DNA of 64,000 bases from Octopus sinensis (lineage: Eukaryota). This document shows, one piece after another, positions 42,725-57,601 of this stretch; position 1 is the stretch's first letter; each line of letters opens with the position of its first letter. The stretch spans positions 18,848,001-18,912,000 of the forward strand of contig NC_043008.1 in assembly GCF_006345805.1 (NCBI RefSeq). The letters run 5' to 3'. A program made the position numbers and the translations under genes. The notes below the pieces were generated by a model. That model did no database searches, had not been told where the DNA came from, and was given only the letters and a program-made list of their open reading frames with translations.

Positions 42725-42970
42725 CTTCCCTGATTCAACTGCAAGGATACCCCAACGGATATATCCAATGGATTGTAAATATCACAAATGTATCTCTTCT
42801 ATCTTAAGGCGCTGAAACTGCCAGCAGAATTAGCAAGAGAGCCGATGAAGTTTGAATTTATATTTGTTGTTTCACTTGATTTTCCCTTGTGCCAATATAA
42901 TCCATCTCACACCACGTATGTCTGTATTATACATATATATATTATATACATAACATATATATATATATAT

Positions 42971-43007
<37 letters not shown>

Positions 43008-43024
43008 ATCTATATATCTATATA

Positions 43025-43076
<52 letters not shown>

Positions 43077-43745
43077 TATGTGTATCTATTTGTGTCTATG
43101 TTCACGTGTGTGTGCGTGTGTGTGTCTCTGTTTAGTAAAGACCCAGAACAAATACTTCAAAGCATTTGTCTTACCTTCAAACAATTCTTTCTGTCTACTA
43201 CACTTTTGTTTATACTTATAAATGTAAACCTTTGAACCAGTATCAAAGCTTTTGTGTGTTAGGTTTGAATTCTTTGATTTATACTCTCTCATCTCCCAAA
43301 ATATGTTTTCGCTGTTTCCAAATTTACGTATAATTTGCTGTATTTAATTTCACATTTAAATGTAATTGTCTCCATAGAACTTGTGTTACTGGTAAATCTT
43401 AATGGAGGTACTCCTCATATTACTACCTTATCTCATCGAAACACATATCTCATTACCTACCTTCCAAGAATTTACTACCTGAACACATTATCTCTCCATA
43501 TCAAATAATATTGAACGAATAGGTAATTATTTAATTATTACCTATTCATTCAATAAAACTTCAAATATTTATTCAGATCCCGGGAACGATTTTAATATTG
43601 AAGTTTACATATCTTTCCCAGCATCACATATAAATCCACTTTGATAGGTGGCAATTAATAATAAGTTTATTATTCATGTATTTATGTATATCACTTTTGC
43701 GTCGGCTCATTGATGGCGATTAGTATTCTCTCATCTGCGCGTATA

Positions 43746-43998
43746 AAAAAAATAATAAATGCGCCCTTTTAAAGCCTAGCCAGGCTCATGGGCCCGGTTT
43801 CAATGGCGTATGTGTTCCCCAGCTGGACGGGACGCCAGTCCATCGCAGCGTTACTCATTTTTACCAGCTGAGTGGACTGGAGCAACATGAAATGAAGTGT
43901 TTTGCTCATGAACACAACGCGTCGCCCGGTCCAGGAATCCAAACCACAATCTTATGATCATGATGCTGACACCCTAACCACTAACCCACGCGCCTCCA
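43746..43998 (-). mobile_element. SINE family C with TSD
   Basis: CATCTGCG(C/A)GTATA at 43732-43745 and 43999-44012. Confidence 0.92.
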
Positions 43999-45280
43999 CA
44001 TCTGCGAGTATACACTGTATAAATTCCTAGATCGCTTGACATCTAAACGAGCCACATTGCATTAATAGGATACACATACTTGTACGTGTTTAGTATATAT
44101 GTACACGCACATACATATACATACACATGTACATATGTGTGTATGTATGCATGTATTGTATGAATGTATATAAGAAATAAACTCTCTAGACAACGTGTGG
44201 CCTTATGATCAACGTAAGGAAAAATCACGAACTGTAATTACTCAAATTAGCTAGCGTTTGTGTTACGTTTACTAACGAGACTAGCACAGAAAATTCATAC
44301 AACCTGTTTAAAATTCCCACAAATTTAAAACCTGAAATTCACTGCAATAAAAGAAACGAAAATGCCTAACAAATACAAAATAGTGCTTAATAAATGAAAT
44401 TAAACAACAGGAATAAACTAATATAAATTATAGTTTATTAAACCTAAGCCTCCACGGCTACTAAAATGGAATAAATTAATGCGAAAAGAACATTAGCACA
44501 CTGCTTATTAAATAATAAACCCAATAATATTACAAACAACGCAGGCATCATGTAGCTAAGAGATGTATTACATGTAACAGTTAGACCATCTAAACACTTT
44601 AATAATGCATACAACAGTTAATTTCATATAGTGTAAAGGAGTATTACTGAGAATATAGATGGCTACAATCACAAGGGGAGTTAAATATTTTCAAGATAAT
44701 GTCTAAAGTCATCTTGGGCCACAGAGCAATATGATATATACATAATAATTACTAAAAATTTCTGAATACTGCTTGGAAAATTTCTATTAAATTCTAGGTT
44801 TAAAAAAACAGCAGATTTTTTTAATAAATCATTATGTTACGAAGGCAGCAACGGTTCGTTTTAATTAACAACTTACATTGAAAACCTTGCTAAACCGTAT
44901 TCTTCGTTAATTGTTTCACTCTATCTATAAATAAATCAACAACATTAATTATTTTGTCCTACCTAATAACCTAATTGGAAAACGTTATACTCTATTCATT
45001 CGATTATAGTTAGATGTATACAGCATCGTCACAAATTGAAAATTGAAATTATCGCTCTTATTAAACATATAAGTTACAATATTTTACTATACTACGTTAT
45101 CGTATCGTCAAGAGATTCATATCATCTACAGCATCACCATTTTCGCTTGCCTCTACAGCACGTGGGTATATTTTGTCCAATAACAATACGTGTGAAAATG
45201 TGCATATGTTTATATGCGTAAATATATGTATATAAATATATATATACAAACACACACACACACACACACACCACACACAC

Positions 45281-45343
<63 letters not shown>

Positions 45344-45382
45344 TATTATATATATATGTATGTATGTATGTATGTATATACT

Positions 45383-45855
45383 ATTTACCAGTGCAAGGAA
45401 ACAATCTATAAAGAACGATTAAATGAAGGAAATATGTTTATTGAAAAATTCAAACCACCTCTGCATATGAACGCACAACTAACTTTGTACATGTTATATT
45501 TCCACTACAACTTTACAATATAAATACTATAAATTTACCCTCTCCCAAAAGTGTTCCTTACAAAAAAGTGATACCCCAAAAACGTGAAATTACATCTCTT
45601 GTCTCCAATAATAACAATCACCAATTACCTCCACTTAGATTTTCTCTACGAGCTGGTACATTTACAAACTCTCACACAAACAACATGAACTAAAAGCTCC
45701 TTATGAAAATTCGAAGTTGTAATATTTTCACCAATTTCAATGTCATCATTACCAATACACGAAACTGGTAGACTATCATAATATTTTATCCTTTAAAGTA
45801 TATTAAAAATATATAAACTGCTCGCATTTTCCTTCATTTTATATTTACTTTCACT
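45383..45855 (+). pseudogene. Penelope-like element 3' fragment: GIY-YIG C-terminus and 3' region
   Basis: 45383-45466 translates IYQCKETIYKERLNEGNMFIEKFKPPLH, matching the R...E..FI..FKP.LN end of PLE endonucleases; begins right at a TA/TATG tract; decayed HHR-like CUUAUGA...GAAACUGGUA at 45700-45770. Confidence 0.6.
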
Positions 45856-45884
45856 ATATGCGTGTGTGTGTGTGTGTGTGTGTC

Positions 45885-46030
45885 TCTTTTATTCTTTTAT
45901 TATTTTACTTGTTTCAGTCTTTTGACTATGGCCATGCTGGAGTACCGCCTTTAGACGAACAAATCGACCGCAGACTTATCCTTCGTAAGCCTAGTAATTA
46001 TTCTATCGTTATCTTTTGCCGGACCGCCAA
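45885..46030 (-). mobile_element. SINE family B tail fragment
   Basis: Family homology. Confidence 0.8.
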
Positions 46031-46429
46031 GTTGGACAGGCAGAGAGGCAGACGAACTGGCAGACGGACGGCAGGCAGACAGACAGATTCAGAGGTCAAG
46101 CAAATGGGGTTGTTAAGTAGAAAAACACCAAAGATAGGTGAAGAATAGGAAGACAAAAAAAAATATTGTTTCTCATGAAGCTTTGCAATAAGTTCCAAAT
46201 GGACAAATTATATCATTGTTTTGATGAAAAGTGTTCATTGCTTAAAAAATATTGGTCAAGTTTAATAAAATTTAATATGTACTCAATGCATGAAGTGTCA
46301 TTGTTGGGCCCAAGGCCCAATGTAGCACACTCCACAGGAGCTAGTTGAAAAGTCGCCCGATGTGTGTGTGTGTGTGTGAGTGTGTGTTTGTGTGTGTATG
46401 TGTGTGTGTGTGTGTGTGCATGTACATGT

Positions 46430-46730
46430 ATATGGGTCAGTGGTTACAGCGTCGAGTTTGAGATTATGCGATTGTGAGTTCTTTTTCCGGACCGTGCTGC
46501 GTGTTGTGTCCTTGAGCAAGACACTTTATTTAACATTACTCCAGTTCACTCAGCTGTAGAAATGAGTTGTGATGTCACTGGTGGCAAGCTGTATCGGCCT
46601 GTGCCCTTCCCTTGGATAACATCGGTGTCGTGTAGGAGAGAGGCTGGTATGCATGGGCGATTGCTGGTCTGACATAAAAACACCCTAGGTACCGCATTCG
46701 CCCGTGAGGTGACTTGTACCCCGGAGGCGA
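46430..46730 (+). mobile_element. SINE family C
   Basis: CAGTGGTTACAGCGTCG head and CCTTGAGCAAGACACTT body; homologous to 49661-49970 and 58045-58378. Confidence 0.85.
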
Positions 46731-46775
46731 GATTATATATTACAATTATCTCCCTTGACTAGGAAAGTGAACAGG

Positions 46776-46820
<45 letters not shown>

Positions 46821-46868
46821 AGGAGGAAAGCAAGTTTCTATTTTCTTTTTGTAACATATTTCTATTTT

Positions 46869-46905
<37 letters not shown>

Positions 46906-47699
46906 CGAACTATGTTTGCACTTCAGGAAATTCCAACTGACCTACTCGTAGCCACACGATCGCAGGATCATTTACGATTGACAGCCAAAGGGAGACAATC
47001 ACCCTATGTTGTCATAGAGTAACGAAGTCTTTCTCTCCTTCATTTTCAAGAGAGGTCACTTCCTAGAGAGGCTGTAAGCGAACAGATTTTTGGACCTGAC
47101 GATATGCTGTAAAGCTAGGGGCTTTATGGACATGAAACCCAGGATAATCCCATAAACCGGCCTTATCTAAGTTTCCTATATAATTATACATACATACATA
47201 CATATATATATATCAGTTATTACTATAAACACAGCTGTATGTAATTTTTTTCCTACGTATGTTACACTTTTATGATTGTTTTGAATATGGCATTACATAT
47301 TTCAATATATATTATGCTGTGTGCGTGTGTGTGTATATATAAGTGTTTGTGCGCGCGCGTGTGTGTATGTGTGTGAGTAAGCAATCTCTAAAACTTGTGT
47401 TCACCACAGACGGAGAGTCACAGTTTTGGAAATTATACACAATTTAATGCAAAACATATTTCAAAGATATCTCTAGAGTTTCATTATAACGTAAATATGC
47501 TGCGTCCTACATCCTTGCACATGATGTATACATAGGTGAGTATATATCTGTGATCGTATACATATGTACATACATCTACACACACACTCACACACACACA
47601 TATATGTATGCATGTATGTATATATAAATGTATATATCGCTAAACACATGATGTATATGTATGTATAATTACATATGTATAAATAGACCATGATGGATA

Positions 47700-47912
47700 T
47701 AGATGATAGATGACAGACAGATCAGATAGACAGACATGGACAGACAGGCAGACAGATAGAGGTAGATATAGGTAGGTAGGTAGGTAGTAGATCGATAGAC
47801 AGATAGCTAGTTAAACAGACATAATAGATAGCAGATGGATAGACAGACAGAGACAGACAGACAGAAAGAAAGACAGACAGATACATACAGACAGACAGAC
47901 AGACAGACAGAC

Positions 47913-47944
<32 letters not shown>

Positions 47945-48098
47945 CTAGATAGATGATAGATAGTAGTAGATAGATAGATAAATAGACGATAGATAGATAT
48001 ATATAGATATAGATAGATAGAAGATAGATAGATAGATAGATACGATAGATAGATAGATAGATAGATATAGATAGATAGATAGATAGATTGATAGATAG

Positions 48099-48153
<55 letters not shown>

Positions 48154-48175
48154 ACATTGATAGATAGATAGATAG

Positions 48176-48210
<35 letters not shown>

Positions 48211-48236
48211 AGATAAATAGAGATAGATAGATATAT

Positions 48237-48280
<44 letters not shown>

Positions 48281-48302
48281 ATAGAGATAGATAGATAGAT
48301 AA

Positions 48303-48372
<70 letters not shown>
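47700..48372. repeat. (GATA)n/(GACA)n microsatellite
   Basis: Direct inspection; source of the 249-aa IYLS ORF. Confidence 0.95.
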
Positions 48373-48373
<1 letters not shown>

Positions 48374-48745
48374 TGTGAAATCACGCACAACAATGCAGTC
48401 GAAACTGGAACTGCGTCTGCATTATGAGGGTCAACCGAAAGATCACAGAAGCAGAAACCACACAAAAACAAACGTACATAATTAAACTAGAGTCGGCGGA
48501 AAATAGAGAAACTGATGTGTGCGATTGTGTGTGAGGGTGTGTGCATGTGTGTACGTCAACATTTGCTCGAGCGCGCGCATACGATTGGACAGATATATGT
48601 CTGTCGAAGGTAGTGACAGCAGTGGATCTGTGACTCTATAATTGTAGGTGTAGTTTACTTTAGCAACCTTTAGATATATAGCTGATGGTAAGCATTTACT
48701 TATATGAGAGACATACATACATACATACATACATACATACATACA

Positions 48746-48779
<34 letters not shown>

Positions 48780-48800
48780 CATACACGTACATATTGCAGT

Positions 48801-49031
48801 CTTCTTACAGTATTAAGAATTGTTTAAACTTTTCTAGCAATGTAGCTGTTTCGGCACCCTTCGTCACACTTAATGACCACTAAACGTTTTCTCTATGGGA
48901 TTAGGCTGCGCCTAGCTGTTTATATTAAATATCACCATATGCATTAGGATTTCGCTAAATCTACCCTAGACGTCTATGGTAAATCTCTCTCTATATATAT
49001 ATATACATATATATAATATACATATATATAT

Positions 49032-49089
<58 letters not shown>

Positions 49090-49272
49090 CACATGCATAT
49101 ATGGGTACAGGACGTCAAAAGAACGTCAACAAAATGATAAACGAGAACATTAAAAAAAACCATGGAAAACGAACTTTTTTCCGAACGACGAAAGAAAAAA
49201 TAGACAAATGAGACAAGCAACATAAAGAACAATCCCTTCATTAGCTGTCCCCTGTTTTATCTACTCCGCGTT

Positions 49273-49357
<85 letters not shown>

Positions 49358-49634
49358 TGGAAGACGGAATTAGCCGGCCATCAGCCATCTGAGCAGTCAC
49401 CACTGGCGATTCCTACAGTATAGGCTAAACTAGGCCTAGTCTGGTGATTCTAGAGACAGTCATGGAGCGGTTACGTCCCCTCTCAGTATACGTGTATATT
49501 GTACGCTTCTTGCAACATTAAGAGTAGTTTAACTCTTAATTGTAGCAATGTAGGTGCTTCGGCAACTATAGTTTGCACTTAGTGACAACTATGGTTTTCT
49601 TTATGGTGTTACATTGCGCCTAGCTGTTTATATT
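48801..49634. repeat. diverged direct repeat pair, 48801-48926 and 49506-49634
   Basis: Shared CTTCTT...TAGCAATGTAG...TTCGGCA...TGCGCCTAGCTGTTTATATT. Confidence 0.7.
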
Positions 49635-49660
49635 TATTTTTAGTATACGAATATATACGC

Positions 49661-49970
49661 TGAGACCCCCTTCGGTCATGACTGACCATGGGATTGCACC
49701 TAGGAAGTTACCCTCCCGGGCACAAGTTCAGGCAAGGTTGTTTATGGAAGACCAGCAGTCTCCCATGCATACCGGCCTCCCCTCTCCACGCCAAGGGAAA
49801 GGCAAAGGGGCCGATACAGCTTGGCACCTGTGACGTCGCAACTCATTTCTACAGCTGAGTGAACTGGAGCAACGTGAAATAAAGTGTCTTGTTCAAGAAC
49901 ACAACACGCAGCCCGGTCCGGGAATCGAAATCGCATTTTCACGATCATAAGCTAGACGCTCAAACCACAT
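49661..49970 (-). mobile_element. SINE family C
   Basis: Family homology; flanks GAATATA(T/C)AC. Confidence 0.88.
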
Positions 49971-51955
49971 GAATATACACAAATATACATTTATGATTAG
50001 TGTATGTGTGCCACAAGATGGCACGGCTTCGCTAATTTTGAGACCTATAAGACAAATACAAGCCTAAAACAAGCACCGAGATTGATATCAGCGATTCAGG
50101 CCACCAACTATGCTGCAAGCGAATGATGGAAACTAGTTAAAGATTAAAGAATAATGTTTCTATCACAGAAACAGTAGTCGCCATACATGTCCCCCTTTTT
50201 CCCGAAATCTTGAGGGTTTTTTAAAATAATAAATGTATATTATTTTCATCGTTGATTACTAATTAACGTACCAGATCATTAAGATTTAATAATCAGCAGT
50301 TGTTTTCTAATTATTACTGCTTTCCTATTAACAGAAAGTAAGTAATTGTATTATTTGAATGTAGGTAAGTTTCTCCAATGTTCTGAATAAAAAGCCTTGG
50401 AGGTGTCTTTAATGGCTTATCAGTTACAAGAACCGTGGTGTCTATGGCTCTCAGCGTCTGTATCGTCGTGGGAGGATGGGATAAAATTATTCTCTGAGAT
50501 GAGACCGCGCTCAAATTTTTACAACCGAATGGATTCTGCTGAAAACACCCGGGGGTTTTGTGGCTTTGTTAAGCCAGGCGACGTAATAAATCTACACTGA
50601 AGGCTTGCCAGGATTCTTAGAAGTTCCCGATAATAATTATTATTGATCATATCTCTTTGATAGGTAATGCTGGAAGTTGAGAATTTCAAGGATTTCCTAA
50701 GAGATATTAATACCAACTACTGCTGGGATTCGAAACAACGCCATGACCCCAGGTCACCGAATCTAACTTATCTCTTTTCTTAAGTATTCCCCATACAATA
50801 ACAAAACTATTGATTATTATTTTTTGTATTACATACACTCAAGGCATTGGATATTATAAGCTAAGGAAATGAGAATGTATTGTGTTGATGTATTTGTCAA
50901 GGGCATTAATCTACGCAAGTACAGTGAAATGACTTCAAATAGATAATGACCTCACATTGCCATGAATTTACAGTTACCCGGCAGCACTGGAAGCATAATG
51001 GATTATTTATTAACAGTGGAAAACAGTTCTAGTCTGGAAACAACATAGCCATAAATATGAATATTTCGAAATTTCGTCTCTGAAACTTCCAATTTCTAGT
51101 TAGTTACACACAAGTCTCAGAAAACCAAGTTAACCATTTTCGTTCTTTTGAATATACAGATAATTCTATCTGGCAACGATATTTACAAGAGCGCTGTTCA
51201 TGGATAGCCATTTACATTGCAATTCCTCCATGGAAATTTGATTAAATATATGAATGTACAGAACTTGTGAAAGTACACACACACACACACACACATACAA
51301 GCATATATTTATATGTATGTATATATGCGGGCTTTAGTGCTTATAAGTATATCTCTGTGTTTGTACGTAATTTTTATGTCGACATTCATATATATCATAC
51401 AATGAACTATTTCGTTTATGGAAGTGGTCAAAACTAATCGACAGACTTAAAGATGCTTCAAGTGGTAAAATTGCTTTAAATATTGGAAATTTACTTTTAT
51501 CTTTGTAATAGTATTTTGGACGTTATAATTGGTTAGTCTGAGATACATCGTCTGCCTTTATATTTGACCATTGTGTGTCATTTGAGGAGAATTTAATGGA
51601 AAGCACAAAGAGTGAAATGTCTGTGTGTGTCAAATAAAATAATATGTAATGTTTCTATTTTGTCTCTCCATCTAACGTTTCCCGTCTAATATCTAAAGTT
51701 TCTGTATTTAAGGATAATGTTCTGGTAACTGGTCTCCTGTTTGAATATAGAAAGTTTACACAGAACTGGTATGTGTTACGGAAGGATACACTTTTCTGCC
51801 CTTCGTTACACTGAACGCCTACTCATTCTCTGAAACTTCAAAAACGTTCAGAACGTCGGCATTTTAGAAATAATACACAATTCGCTAAGGAAACCTTACA
51901 AAGCCATCTACGTTCCTCTCATACGACAGAAATACGCTGTGTGCTACAGTCATAC

Positions 51956-52262
51956 TTTTTTCTTATACTTTTTCGCCCTTTTCGAGCCTAGCCAGACTCA
52001 TGGGCCCGGTTTCCCGGTTTCTGAGGCGTATGTGCCCCCCCCAGTCCATCGCAGCGTTACTCAAGAAACAGTAAGAGAGTGTGAGAGAAAGTTGTGGCGA
52101 AAGAATACAACAGAGGTCGCCACCACCCCCTGTCGGAGCCTCATGGAGTTTAAAAGGTGTTTTCGCACAATAAACACACACAACGCCCGGTCTGGGAATC
52201 GAAACCGCGATCCTCCGACCGCGAGTCCACTGCCTTAACCACTGGGCCATTTCGTCTCCACT
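51956..52262 (-). mobile_element. SINE family C with 12-bp TSD
   Basis: CTACAGTCATAC at 51944-51955 and 52263-52274. Confidence 0.93.
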
Positions 52263-52589
52263 CTACAGTCATACAAGTGATATATACATATATACATGTA
52301 GACACACAGCAAACACACGCATATGTATAAGAATGCGCATTGGTGTTTGTGTTTGGTCTCCATAACTTAGTGGTTCGTCAAAGTAACCGATAGAATAAGT
52401 ACCAGATTTTTTTTTTAAGTATTAGGCCGATTCATTCGACTAAGAATTCAAGACGGTGCCCCTGCACATAGCCCACATTAATGTTTTTTTTCAAAAACGT
52501 AATCACCGACCACTCGTTCAAGATTCCACTCATTCTGTGATGGAGCGGGATTGAAACCAGCTAAAAACAATTAAAACCCAAAGAATATA

Positions 52590-53035
52590 CGCGCAGGCGT
52601 GGCTTTGTGGTAAGATGGCTTGAACCCCAGTCATATGATTCCAGGTTTACTCCCATTGCGGGGCACCTTGGACAAGTGTCTGCTATATAATAGCCTCGGG
52701 TCGAACAAAGTTTGGGAGTGGATTTGATTGACGAAAACTGAAAGAAGCCCATCACATCTGTGTGTGTGTCTGTGAGTGCGTACGTGCGTGTTTTTGTGTA
52801 TATATGTGTGTGTGTGTGTGTTCTTGTGTTTGTGTTTGTTCCCCACCAACGCTTGACAACCGGAGTTGGTGTGTTTACTTCCCCGTAACTTATTGGTTTG
52901 GCCAATGAAACCGATAGAATAAGTACCAGGCTTAGCACAAAATAAGTACCGTTGTCGATTTATTTAACTAAAAACTTCTTTAAGGGGATGCCCCCAGCAT
53001 GTCTGCCGTCTAATGACTGAAACACGTAAAAGATA
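52590..53035 (+). mobile_element. older SINE family B (fragment also at about 52350-52460)
   Basis: GCGCAGGCGTGGCTTTGTGGTAAG head through TGACTGAAACA tail. Confidence 0.85.
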
Positions 53036-53594
53036 ATACGTTTCTATATTGTTCGATTGCTTCTTAGCCTTTCACTGCTAAAGAAAAAAGGTCTACTACA
53101 CAAACTATAATGGTTCTTTACCAAGATAATAATAAATCAGTATTTGAACGGGAATACGTGCGGCTTAGATATAAGACTTTCATCAGTTATATGTACATAT
53201 TTTTTTTCTTTCTGTTTGGTGCCAGTTTGTCGGTCGAATGTTATTCAAAGATCTTTCCAATGATTTCGACCCGAGATTAGTTACTTGGGTTCAAAATCTC
53301 TGGCAGAAATTTCTCTTGTTTCAAAATAAACAAGGTGGTTTGTTTGGTGATGTGATTGAAGATTATATCATATTGTAGGTTTTTGTTTAAGCTAAATGTA
53401 AAAACTGAAGCATTCGATATTTTTTTCACGTCCAAAAGTTGCGATGATACTCAGTAAACATTATGTAGATTATCTTATATATACAATCATTTCTCTTTAG
53501 TACAGAAATGCGTTTAGCTTACATATATTTAGTTTAGGAGTTGATACACTTAGCTGTAATGCTTATTTTTTTTTGTCTCTGATCTTTCTAACAA

Positions 53595-54112
53595 TATGTG
53601 GGTATGTTCATATTTGTGCGTGTGTTTGTATGTGTACAAATTTATATATATATATACTTATATATGTATGTATATATATTGATGTATATGCGTATATATG
53701 CTCTTATATATGTATATATATTTATATATGTAAATACAAGGCCTACGTGTGTGTATGTTTATGCAATATATCCTGTTTAACTCCATGATCTATATTTATG
53801 CGCATATATTTAATAAGTTCGCAGTTATATGTATAAAGTATATATCTATATATATATATATATGAATATTTATATATGTACCATAAAAATATATACATAC
53901 AAGTCGTACATGCATATGTGTATGTGTTTCTTGTGTCTGCATATGGGCGTGTATATATATATATATATATAAATATATTTTTATTTATACATATATATAT
54001 GTATATGTATATATAGTATATATATATACATATATATATAAATATATATATATATATACATATATATATACATATATATACATATATATATGTATATATA
54101 TATACATATATA

Positions 54113-54147
<35 letters not shown>

Positions 54148-54239
54148 GTGTATATATATATACACATATATATATATATACATATATATGTATATATATA
54201 TGTGTGTGTATATATATATACTATATATATACATATATA

Positions 54240-54277
<38 letters not shown>

Positions 54278-54530
54278 CCCACAAATAGATATATATATAT
54301 ATATAATTGTTAAAGACGTTAAGGCAAGGTAAACATCTGAAATCATATACATTATTATTATTGGAAAAAATACATGTGTATATATATATCAGTGAATCTA
54401 TGGTTGTATAGATGGGTATATAGATAGAAATGCGCATACGTATCTATGTATGTATACATATATTTATATAACGTATGTGTCGACGTATGCCTATATATTT
54501 ATACGTATCAGTGTACGTATGCGAATATTC
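53595..54530. repeat. (TA)n-rich compound microsatellite
   Basis: Direct inspection. Confidence 0.9.
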
Positions 54531-55227
54531 GTATTTACAAAGAGCTAGAATTTTGAACAAGGGCAAATACGAACAATACTAAAGTTATTAAACAGGAATT
54601 ATAAATGCCAGAAAGCTGGTCCGACTTTCATCAGCCCCGTTCTTCCTTTCTATAGATATTTATATCTGTTGTAACTCAAATACACAGGCTATTTGTTTAT
54701 TCTTATTTGTTTGCTTTTCGGTTCGTGTTGTGTCTTTACAATTCGCTGCCTGTTAGGAAATCTGCTGACAATGGGATCTATTTACTGTTCCTTTGGTATA
54801 ATATACTAGCTTGTATTGCATCTTCTTAACATATCACTGGAGCATTAGACATAAAAGGCCGAATACAAAAAGAGTATGTGTTTCTGTTACTGCTATTTAG
54901 TATAAAGACTTTCGCGGCTCTGAAGTGTAAAGATCTTTATTGAAGTGCGTAAATACGAGAACAATGGAAATATCGGTACTTGTGAGGAAAAATTTCCTGA
55001 ATCCCGTAGCCTTCATTGTCATAATAAGATAAGTGCATATGAATATTCAGAAGTATTTCAGACAAAACTAATGATCTTGTCGGATCATGTGTAAACATAC
55101 GAGTGTTGCTAAAAACAAAGTTTAACCGACCATCAATCACAATTAAAGAGAAAAATATACGACCAGGCTCAGTTTAACATATTTCTTCATTATCAACTTT
55201 ACGAAGAAATATCCTGTTGCTGCTGTT

Positions 55228-55270
55228 TCTACTACTACTACTACTACTACTACTACTAGTGCTGCTACTG

Positions 55271-55303
<33 letters not shown>

Positions 55304-55546
55304 GTACTGCGAACACTTCGACATCTCCTACAACCGATACCGCCATGACCACCACAATTACAAGTAATACTTTTCATCCTTTTTTTCTTCTTCTTCTTCT
55401 ACTACTACTACTACTAGTACCACCATCACTGCTACTACCACCACCAACAACAACACTACTACTGCTGCTACTACAATTAATATTATTATTATCATTATTA
55501 TTATTATTATTAGTAGTAGTAGTAGTAGTAGTAGTAGTAATAGTAA

Positions 55547-55592
<46 letters not shown>

Positions 55593-55635
55593 GGTGGTGG
55601 TGGTGGTGTGTGTGGTGGTGGTGGTGGTGGTGGTT

Positions 55636-55679
<44 letters not shown>

Positions 55680-55680
55680 T
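55228..55680. repeat. (CTA)n followed by (TTA)n and (TAG)/(TGG)n
   Basis: Direct inspection. Confidence 0.95.
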
Positions 55681-55890
55681 AGTTTGAAAACGTTCAGTCA
55701 AAAGCAATATAAAGTCTCATTGAAGTCACGTTGTTTCAACTCCGCGTGGGTTTTGTCTGTGCTTGCGTGTGCATGTGTGTATGTTTGTGTGTGCGTGTGT
55801 GTGTGTGTGTGTGAGATTATGTGCGCGTATTTGTGTCTTTATGTGTGTGTGTACGCCCGTTCCTGTATCTACAAGACGTAGTTTGATAGC

Positions 55891-55926
<36 letters not shown>

Positions 55927-56380
55927 AACACAGAGAGAGAGAAAGACAAACACAGAGAGAGAGAGAAGGGTGAAGTATGTTTTCGGAACATTTTGCATAA
56001 GTAAGAGAAAAATATATTAAATACGAATAAATCTTTCCTGTGTGACTTCACCGAAGTACATATTGAAGATACTATAAATATCTTCCCGGGACGTTTGGGT
56101 GCCTAATTATAACAAACTGACCATAATCATTTAATATGTGGTAACACAATTTATCCCAAATTGCCGTTACATCTAGAGTGTTGAAGCCACCGCAAAACGA
56201 TGGTTTTCAATGTGTCAGAGAATGCAAACATTCGTTAAATATTATTCAAGATGACAAATTTAGATTCTGTTGAAAAATGGGAATTTAATCTAAATAACGG
56301 TTTGATAGTTTATATGTCAGATAAACTGTAATTAATAATTAGAGTTGTAGCAGTAAATTATATGCGTGTGTGTGTGTGTG

Positions 56381-56430
<50 letters not shown>

Positions 56431-56485
56431 ATATATATATACAGAACCATACACATGCATACATACATAAATACACACACATATG

Positions 56486-56531
<46 letters not shown>

Positions 56532-56708
56532 CAAATATATTCATGTATGTACGTATGAATGGATGAATGCATGTGTATATATTTATACGCACATTTATAG
56601 TATATTTGTTTCTATGTGTATACATATGTATAAATTTGTGTGTGTGCAATATATATATATATATACACACGCCGATTACGTATATTTATATATATATATA
56701 TATATATA

Positions 56709-56744
<36 letters not shown>

Positions 56745-56745
56745 T

Positions 56746-56783
<38 letters not shown>

Positions 56784-56804
56784 TTGCATATATATGTGTG
56801 TGTG

Positions 56805-56839
<35 letters not shown>

Positions 56840-57233
56840 CATGTGTGTGTGTTTGTGTGTGTGGAGGGCCTGCTTTCTATTTGTAGATATTTTTAGACTA
56901 AGCATTCGCGAGCTGTTGTGGTGGTTGTCATTACATGCTTTATAAAGACAAAAAAATAGAATTGATTTCAAACACGAAAACAAACGAGAAATTTGTATAG
57001 TCTTTGTCTATTTCTGAACAGATGGCTATTCGTTGTCTATCTGGACGGAGTTAGAAGCTTCTTTTTCCTTTTTCAAGTATTTGCTGATAGTTTTAGTCAT
57101 AAAAATCGAGCAGAGACAAAGTGAATCCAGAATTACAAGACTCCTCTTTAAATTATTACTTCTCTTATGAACTGAAAGCGTTCCACCAGAACTGATACAT
57201 AAACCTTATTGTCTATTCAATTCTATATCTGAG

Positions 57234-57601
57234 TGGTTAGGGCAGCGGATTCGCGGTCATAGGATCGCGGTTTCGATTCCCAGACCGGGCGTTGTGAGTG
57301 TTTATTGAGCGAAAACACCTAAAGCTCCACGAGGCTCCGGCAGGGGATGGTGGTGATCCCTGCTGTACTCTTTCACCACAACTTTCTCTCACTCTTACTT
57401 CCTATTTCTGTTGTACCTGTACTTCAAAGGGCCAGCCTTGTCACTCTCTGTGTCACGCTGAATATCCCCGAGAGCTACGTTAAGGCTACACGTGTCTGTG
57501 GAGTGCTCAGCCACTTACACGTTAATTTCACGAGCAGGCTGTTCCGTTGATTCGGATCAACCGGAACCCTCGTCGTCGTAACCGACGGAGTGCTTCCACA
57601 C
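57234..57601 (+). mobile_element. SINE family C, long-tail subtype, with TSD
   Basis: TCTATATCTGAG at 57222-57233 and 57602-57613. Confidence 0.92.

Noticed and set aside
43086-43330. Minus-strand peptide with IFWEMREYK, vaguely like a PLE GIY-YIG segment
   Set aside because: Similarity too weak to call without a search.
47722-48471. Longest ORFs (249 aa IYLS; 222 aa at 60855; 178 aa at 55345; 154 aa at 9390)
   Set aside because: Translations of microsatellites that lack stop codons.
50370-50760. Non-repetitive, moderately GC-rich stretch with short ORFs
   Set aside because: No recognisable domain or consistent splice pattern.
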